From Paramecium tetraurelia (lineage: Eukaryota), in the NCBI GenBank assembly GCA_000165425.1, contig CT868085.1, forward strand, positions 248,001-312,000: a stretch of DNA of 64,000 bases. Direction: 5' to 3'. Numbering within the stretch: the first letter of the stretch is position 1; each line of letters starts with the position of its first letter. Both the position numbers and the translations under genes were made by a program. Below the pieces are notes generated by a model. The model was not told where the DNA came from. It did not search any database and saw only the letters and a program-made list of their open reading frames with translations. This document shows, piece after piece, positions 56,401 through 64,000 of this stretch.

Positions 56401-56712
56401 AAGTACGACATCAGCAGTAGACAGCCATACAAAAACATGTTTAGTATCAGATTTAAGATACAGATTGGTACAAATAATATATTTGTTGGTCTTGCGAATA
56501 TACTTAAAAACTACAATAACCATTTAATATTACATGAGTAAAATATTCATAGCCTTGGTTTTATTCAAATTTCAAACTGAAGCTCATCAACGAAACAAAG
56601 TGAACTAGTACTAGAATTAACGCTTTAGTCCCGAACATATTTTGTTATCTGCAATTTTAGTAATCTCTATTGACAAGACTTGGCCAAAACTTAATTCTTA
56701 ATATTAATTCAT
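50450..56712 (-). pseudogene. Probable pseudogene of a TmcB-like PAS multi-pass membrane protein
   Basis: Family motifs persist (ISSIMPPYLTASHNYFISRFI, EYLIFDQWVRILGVS, HTQNCNDPNCECK), but the protein-like reading switches frame repeatedly without typical introns and contains in-frame TGA (e.g. 54807-54809, 53269-53271). Boundaries are approximate. Confidence 0.7.
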
Positions 56713-57439
56713 TTTTCTAATTTAATTTAATATTTCAGACTCTAAGATCAGAATTTTACACTAATAAATATCTACAATCAAATTATATTCACTTTTGTAA
56801 CTTTATTATTCAAACATATCCTGGTTTCTATCAACCTCTAAATATATCAATAACAACAAATCAAATCAATTATATATCATCAAATTAATTTCAGAACCCA
56901 ACAACTAGGGAGGAATGGTCTCAACAATAAAAATTCACTAGAATTATGTTAGGTTGGTAAAGGATTCTTTTATATATGCTAACTTTATAACTTAAACCGA
57001 CCTTCCTTTGTTTTTAAGCAACTTTAAAAATATATTAAATTTCTATAGTATGAAACAAAAAGGGTACATTTCATAAATGTATCTTATGAAAAATAATATC
57101 TTACTAAAATTAGAAATTTTCAAGTGTTTATTTACAAAATGAAATGCTACATCTAAAGGATGTTTTGTTCTAGAGAATTAAAATGAATATAGCAATAATT
57201 ATCTAAAAATAGTCTAAAATATGCAAGGAATAATAGCAATTTAATTATTGTCACTTCAAATTAGGCAATTATCTAATTCTCTTGATTATTTTTATATCTA
57301 CTTTTGACTCGGAGATCAACTACCAGTTTGTAAAAGCAAGAGAAAATAAATTGATTGATTTCAACTAATGAATGAGTTATTTCGTAATGGATTTCTAAAG
57401 ATGAGAGTAAAATTAATTATTAAAATTGAAATTGAAATT

Positions 57440-59226
57440 ATGTCTTAATAATAATAAAAATCCATGAATGATACTCTCTTCGATACTAAGGTTTTAGATA
57501 ACTTTGAATAAGAGTTTTAATAGGTTCATGATGATATAAATCCAAAAGTTCACTCTCGTATTGCTCCTTTGGTATATGCAATTAAGGGATTGAAATAGGA
57601 AATCAATCAAGTCTTTGCTGATTTCATTCGAGAAACAAATAGAGCAACTGATGTTATGAGGATTAAGGATATGTTTGAAGCAGTGTTGATGGAATATAAT
57701 CTCAGAGAGAAGGAAAGCAACAAATTAATGGAGGCCATCTTATAAAACGATTCCTAATAGATAAGATAGATATCTCAATTACTCAAAGAAATTCGTGAAC
57801 TCCAACTTGAAGTAAATCATTTTTAAAGACAGAGCGAAGTCAAACGACAAAGGTAATGTGGTATATTTAAAGGAAATCCAACAGATTTCAAGAAATAAAA
57901 TACTTCAATTATAGACGAGACCAGCATCTATGATTGGGTGGTTGACATAGATTTTATAACATCTATAAACAGTTCTGGATGGAAGGTTTGGTTGTCTCCA
58001 AAGATGATAAACCAAGAGATAATCAACATAAAAGCATTGGAAGGAGCAACGGTAGCTGTAACTGGACTGTATGACAAAGGGAAGACATTTGTATTGAACA
58101 GTCTCACCATGAGTAATTTGCCGTCTGGGAAGAAGGTTACGACAAGAGGCATTTCATTTAAGCATGTGAATGTAGATAATGGTACGAAACTTATTTTAGT
58201 GGACACAGCTGGAACATACAGTCCTGTTAAAATAGAAAATGAATTGTCTATTGTAGACAAAGAAGCCACAGAAACATTCATATCAGATCTTGTATTTGAT
58301 TTGGCAGATTACTTTTTATGCGTTGTCAATGATTTTACCAGTCTTGATCAAAGATATCTTGACAGATTGAGTCGCAATCTCTAACAAAGTCCGAACAAGA
58401 CATTTCGAGAAATTATTGTAATACATAATCTAAAAGATGTCGAATCTACCGAAATATTAGAACATGTGTGGAGTACATAAGTGACATAAATATATGCGAA
58501 TGGAACTCTATAGAAAACTAAAGTAGCTGCCCTTAATCCAATTAATAAATAACTATTGGAAAAACATGTTCTTTGGTTTAAGACTCCCTATACTCGACAT
58601 GTATGCATTGTGAATGATGATTGCAATTTGGGTAAGGGTCTCAATCCTTGGGTATTTTCATTACTCAGATATTGGTTAAAGGCAGTTTTCATTCCTGTGA
58701 ACAGAAGTTTTTCAGTTTTGGATTGTTTGTTAATTTAATCAAGATAAAAACTTGTTAATTTTTTTAGAAAGAATATTAAAATTGATCTGAAAAACACTGA
58801 CGATCCTTTGATCAAGGTCATCAAGACAGAGAATGAGTTCCAGGATAAAATTCAAATTCCTTAAGGATAAGTTGATATGAGTGGTTTAATAACAGGGCAA
58901 CAGGATTCTTTTTAACCTGCCACCGATATTATTGCAGGTGATCAATATATAATTTTGATGGATGCTCCGGGATTGACTAATGATGATGTAGACATTCAGA
59001 GACAGAATGTTGTGACTTTGGTGAAGGGGAACAAGTAGAGACCGTACATAAATCAAGGGCAATTGGAAAAGAGTGAAAGGAAATATGGGGAATTTACACT
59101 CACATTCAAAGTATTGAGTAAATTACTAATTAGATTCCTGATATATACGAAAGATAATGGTCTCATTTCGGTGTGGAGAAGGGAGTGATCACGATAAAAT
59201 ACGATAAAGATAAAGATGATATTTGA
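57440..59226 (+). CDS. Coiled-coil + P-loop GTPase + C-terminal HSP20/alpha-crystallin domain fusion protein
   Basis: G1 GLYDKGKT, G2 TTRG, G3 DTAG, G4-like VIHNLKD; C-terminal PATDII...YIILMDAPGLTNDDVDI...VKGNK...SERKYGEFTLTFKIP...EKGVITIKY. Intron 59111-59133; 588 codons. Confidence 0.85.
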
Positions 59227-59242
59227 TTATATAAATTATTTT

Positions 59243-61087
59243 ATGAGTGAAAGTCCACATTAATTGAAAGCCAAGATTGACTTCCTACATCAAGAAAACC
59301 AATAGTTGAGAGTCACTATAGAGGATTTACAAACCGTCATCAAATTGAATAAATAGTCAATGCGATCTATGATTGATTAAGACGTTGCCAATCCAAGATT
59401 TAATTAATAGACTACAATACGTGAGAATGAAAACACCGTGAAAGCACTTAAATTAGTAATTACAGAACAACAAAAAGAAATTGATCATTTGATGTCATCG
59501 TTAGAGAAAGTTTAAAAAGAGAGGGATTTTGCATAAGGCAAGGCCCTAATCTCAGAAGAGATAACCTACGCAGCAGAAAAGAGTGAAAAGAAGTTCATAG
59601 CTGAACTTGAGTCAACTATTTTCGATCTTAATCACACCATCAGTTAATAAGCTTAAAAAATATGTTAACTTGAAAAATAAGCTGATCAAAGAGATGATAC
59701 TACTGGAGTTGTTGTGAGATATAGGGATGTCATTCATCCTAATTCAGCCACTATTTTACTTCATGATGAAATGGAAACATTACACCAATTGATTGTGAGA
59801 TTACAATTATAAGTTAATTACTTAAAGAGTATTCAATTAAAATTAGTGACTCTTATCAATAAAGTCATAACTAATATATAGATGAAAATCTAAGGAGAAG
59901 TTATCGATTTAGATGAGGATTATGAAAGAGCGCAGCATGAATTCTTGGAAATCTTAGCTTAAATTTAATGTAAATAAATTAACTTAATAACTATTTTTAG
60001 AATCTAGATTACCCACTGTAGATTTGCCAGCCAGAACAAATTCCATCTAATCACCTATGAATACTGATATGATACACTCTCCAATACCTTCTCCTTTTCC
60101 TGCTAAGGCTCCCTAGGTTTTTAAAAAAAATTGTTAAAATTTAAATTAAACATTTGATGGAGGAGTAGGTCTTAATGAATCATATTAATAATATGGAAAA
60201 TAGGATGATTTTAAGAAAAACAATTCTAAGTTGCCTGTGCCAAAATTGAATTTAGCCAAAGCTTTTCAAATTTAATAGATTAATGCCAAAAGATCAACCC
60301 AATAAATCAAACTAACTGAAGATCAATTATAAAATAGAGTTCGTAAGTTAGAACAGGAACTTGAAGAAACCAAGAAGAATCTATCAAGAGAGATGATTTT
60401 ATGCAAACATTATGAAATCGAAAATGAATCATTGAAAAGACATATAAAATAAATTGAAGGAAATAATGACATTTTAGTCAAATCCAATCTCAATCTCAAC
60501 CAGAAATGGGAGAAAATTTAAAAAAGTTTTATGTTCTACAAAACATTTTTTGTCGAACATAAGGATTAGTTTGCATAATTATAAATATTAGTTTAATCTG
60601 AAAAGGAAGTATTAAATATATTTTGATTCATAGAAGGCTTAATCTTAAGAGGATTACAACGAGTTTGGTTTTAATTCTGCGAGGGTGAGTCATGCAAGAA
60701 AAGGACAGACCTAAAGAAAGAAAAACTTATTGGATTAGACAATTTCTTTATATGTTCCTGCATATTAAGGTAATATTGTTATAATAAACATATTAAGAAA
60801 GCCTGATGGATGTCGAGTCTCGATTAGCCAGAGTCAATCAATCAGAAACATACAATCAGAATAATAGAATCGACTCAAGTGTGATCGAAAACGATAGGGA
60901 TGGCGAACTTGGAAACTATTGTTTAGATAGGGATGATAGTTACATGGAGAACAATGAATGGAAGAACAATGTTAAAAAAGAATGGACAATCCTAGCATCC
61001 TAGGTTCACTCTGCAAAACCGAAAGATTTAGCATAACAAATAAAGCAATCCTAACCAATACAAAAGTTATAAAATATCAAATCATGA
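59243..61087 (+). CDS. Hypothetical coiled-coil protein
   Basis: ATG 59243 (MSESPHQLKAKIDFLHQENQQLR...), long heptad-rich frames, tiny introns (e.g. 59970-60000), TGA 61085-61087. Confidence 0.7.
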
Positions 61088-62212
61088 AATATATTATTAA
61101 TTACAATCAACATCCATCCCACTAATTATTTTTTTGGTATCATTGATTTATTAGAAAATTAAGTTCGATAATTGAAATACCTTAACATTAGGAGAGGGAG
61201 GAATTTGGGGAATAGTCTAATTCTATAAATGTCCAAAATAGTTGAGTAACTCTACTTCACTCTTTTAATCTATTATTCGAAAAATCTTATCGTTTAAGTT
61301 TGAAAGTTTCATATGAGTATCAGTCAATCTATTAACATAATTTTCTTATTAATCTATTATCGAAGGAAGATTGCCAATTTTTTCTAATAATTCGTTTTGT
61401 TTGCTATTCAATAATTGATGCATAACCTATTTGTAACTCAAAAAAATTACTTGAAATTCTTAGGCTATTTGAAGTCTCATGTGTTCTTAAATTGCAGATT
61501 ATTGAACTTGCTTTTTTTCTAAATCTTATCTGTAGTTCTCAATCTAAGTTATACATTGGTTATTTTATTCGACTTAATTTTCCAATTACTTTCTAACCAA
61601 AGGATATGACTTTTTGATTGTTTTAACTTCATGGTTCTTATGGATTCCATGAATTATACATTCAGGACATATACATTTACTATTGCAATCAAAGCAAAAA
61701 TAGGAAACCTCCTCTTCTGGATGGTCGAGACATTGCTCTCTTGAGTGTTGGATAAATGAATTTTCACTTTATTGTTTGCTCATTTGACGTTATGACTAAT
61801 GAACTGATGATTTTGCTTCTGGATTCTAAATTGCAAATTTAATTGTCTTTTCTTTTTGATTCTCCTTATTATCTTATCGAGTTTAGGATCTTGATTTCAC
61901 TTATTTCTCAGAACTTATATTCGCTTTTTAGACTAGAGCAGGTTTTCTATTAGATCGATCGTGTAATGCAGATGCTAGATTTATTTTCTCTAATTCATAA
62001 ATGCTATTAGAATCTAACTCAGTGTTCCCCTAGCAGATGTCACATACAAAAAACTTTATATTATTTTCAAACTAGTATACTTTTTTGTGCTTTTTTGTCT
62101 ATTGAATTGAAAAAGATTTGGCAGCACAATCCAAACAAAGATCATGATTACAGGTCAACATTAATATGTCATCAGGCACTTTCTAACAGTAACTACATTT
62201 TGAAACATTCAT
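61082..62212 (-). CDS. RING (C3HC4) - B-box - coiled-coil protein (TRIM/RBCC-like putative E3 ligase)
   Basis: RING CSYC...LTCNHDLCLDC...CDIC; B-box CLDHPEEEVSYFCFDCNSKCICPECIIHGIHKNHEV; then a coiled coil. Single open frame of 377 codons with possible in-frame introns. Confidence 0.85.
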
Positions 62213-62246
62213 TATTTTTAAATTTTCTTTGTTCGTTAACTAATTT

Positions 62247-62915
62247 ATGAAATAATATAAACTAGATCAATTAGCACAAATAATAAAGAGACTAGAAAAT
62301 ATTCTAGATAATCCTAAACCAATAAATTCTCAATATTCTCTCTTTCGTCTCTTACCCACTTTTTAATCTGAAGATTAGACCTCTTCGGAATCGAGTACGA
62401 ACTAAATTATTTTTGATGAGCAGCCAACTTAAGATTATACAAAGAATGAACTGAAGACTTTTTCAACGGAATCTCATAGTCTTAAACTAGATTACACGAA
62501 AATTTCAACAGAATTAAGAGGAATGCTACAGAACACGTTTAGGAGCCTTAATATAGACTAAACAAATTATATATCCCAGGTAATCTTAAAGCATACTCAA
62601 AAGGATAATCCTTTAATTGCTTTGATTATAAATTAATTAAATCTTATTCAAAGTGTAGTTGAAGCAAATTCTATTTGTCAAAAATATCATGCTTCAATAG
62701 AGAATTTATAAAGTCAAATCAATAATTTCGATTAATAACATTTTATAGCATTAGTAATCTCATTAAGATCAAAGTTTTTTTCAGAAATTAATAAACATAA
62801 AATCGATACAAGCTTGGTTCCTTAATATGATTAATTTTAGTTAATTAAAGAATAATAATTAAAAATTTAACATGTTTAACGAGCCATTGATTAGCTAATT
62901 CAATAGATTAGTTGA
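62247..62915 (+). CDS. Hypothetical protein (222 aa)
   Basis: Uninterrupted table-6 ORF from ATG 62247 to TGA 62913-62915 filling the gap between two genes; no recognised motif. Confidence 0.6.
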
Positions 62916-62965
62916 TTATTTTATTTATTTATTTTTCATAAACATAATCATATGTTGATAGTATC

Positions 62966-64000
62966 TCAAAAGTAAATATTATATAAATTATTTTACAAAT
63001 CATCAAAATCAGAATAATCTAAGAACTATTTTAATTTTAATTATTTTTAATTTAAATCTCTAACATCTTTAACATTTCTGAAATTCAATAAATAATTTTC
63101 TAAATGTAATAATTCCTATATATCGATATTTGAATTACTTGGTCTTCTTTGTTATCATAATATGAAATAATTGGGATTCCATTGTCAATTTATTTGTTAA
63201 ATGAATAGGAAGCATTGTCTACTAATAAAACATCAGAGAGTTTTCGATTTCCTAATACTCTAAAACTAAATGGAATTTACCTTAAATCTTTAATGTAAGC
63301 TCCCTCCTTTGTTTAAATGCAATGTTCCCTGAACAATCGATATGAAACCCATTATTTTTTTGGATCCAAATAATCAATAACTACATTAGCGTAACATGAA
63401 TGAGAAGCTGTAAAAATAACAATTTCAAAATCCCTTGAAAGTGTTTACAGGATTTATTTTGCATAAGGTCTAATATTAATAGAAGCCTAAATGGTTTCAT
63501 TATTTGGAAAGGTGATGGGTAATGTGATGTCTCCTGGAATTGATGTGTTCTAGTTACAATGAATCAATGTTTCATCCAGATCAAACACTATTGTCTTTAG
63601 ATTATTTGATTTTGGCAAGAATGTAACCTTATCTGGTTCAAATTGCACTTAAGATCTACTTGCATAAAGTAATCCCTAGATAAATTAATACTAAATTCAC
63701 TTGATATGTTTGTAAAAAATGATCTTTAATAAGTTCATCAAGTTCTGTAGGTTTCTTACTTTTTATAGCTTAGATTACAGTTGAAATGTAGTACAAGAAC
63801 TAGATAAGCTAAATAGCTTACAGGCTCATTTGGTTATGTGTCACTCATCTTCTTTAAATAAAAAAATTTGGAATCCATCGATTATTATCTTTCTGATTTA
63901 TTTAAATTAGAGTTTGGTGAATGTACATTGGAACCCTTTAATAATTAAGAATTCTTATTTAAATTTGTTTTAATTTAAGTGACAAAATCTTTTAGTTATC
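62966..64000 (-). CDS. CTD small phosphatase-like (NIF/FCP1-SCP family HAD phosphatase), 3' part
   Basis: KTIVFDLDETLIH, INIRPYA, IVIFTAS, YANVVIDYLDP, RLFREHC, YIKDLRVLG, LLVDN, QIDNGIPI; TGA 62966-62968; 5' end outside window. Confidence 0.92.

Noticed and set aside
50450..56712. TGA recoding, programmed frameshifting or retained IESs as the cause of the broken frames
   Set aside because: All intact genes here use TGA as stop; the disruptions include shifts in both directions with no recurring slippery motif or AT-rich TA-bounded insert.
57928..58281. 117-aa minus-strand ORF
   Set aside because: Antisense to the GTPase domain, which carries the conserved motifs.
1..64000. CRISPR arrays, telomeric repeats, rRNA/tRNA genes, transposases
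   Set aside because: No regularly spaced repeats, C4A2/C3A3 tracts, structured GC-rich RNA genes or DDE/RT motifs seen by eye; a covariance-model scan would be needed to exclude small RNAs.

Overview
AT-rich eukaryotic DNA that reads as a ciliate macronuclear chromosome segment, almost certainly Paramecium. Long frames open only if TAA/TAG encode Gln (translation table 6, TGA the sole stop). Introns are tiny (21-31 nt, mostly GTA...TAG) and intergenic gaps are often under 100 nt. The supplied ORF track stops at TAA/TAG, so it fragments every gene; I re-translated the window by hand. I find 20 likely genes and one probable pseudogene: four 6-TM K+ channels (TVGYGD) with cyclic-nucleotide-binding-homology domains, a head-to-head pair of four-domain cation channels, two large PAS-like multi-pass membrane proteins plus a decayed third copy, a cyclin, RFC3, a hybrid histidine kinase, a DNAJC21/Jjj1-type J protein, a P-loop GTPase fused to an HSP20 domain, a RING-B-box-coiled-coil protein, a CTD small phosphatase and five hypotheticals. 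The most notable observations are the all-Asp (CatSper-like D/D/D/D) filter of both four-domain channels, K+ channels with charge-poor S4 plus a CCHC zinc knuckle after a degenerate CNBD, the GTPase-HSP20 fusion and the TRIM-like protein. I recognised no rRNA, tRNA, CRISPR array, telomeric repeat or transposon. All calls rest on manual translation and motif recognition; no database search was run, and some starts and introns are uncertain.
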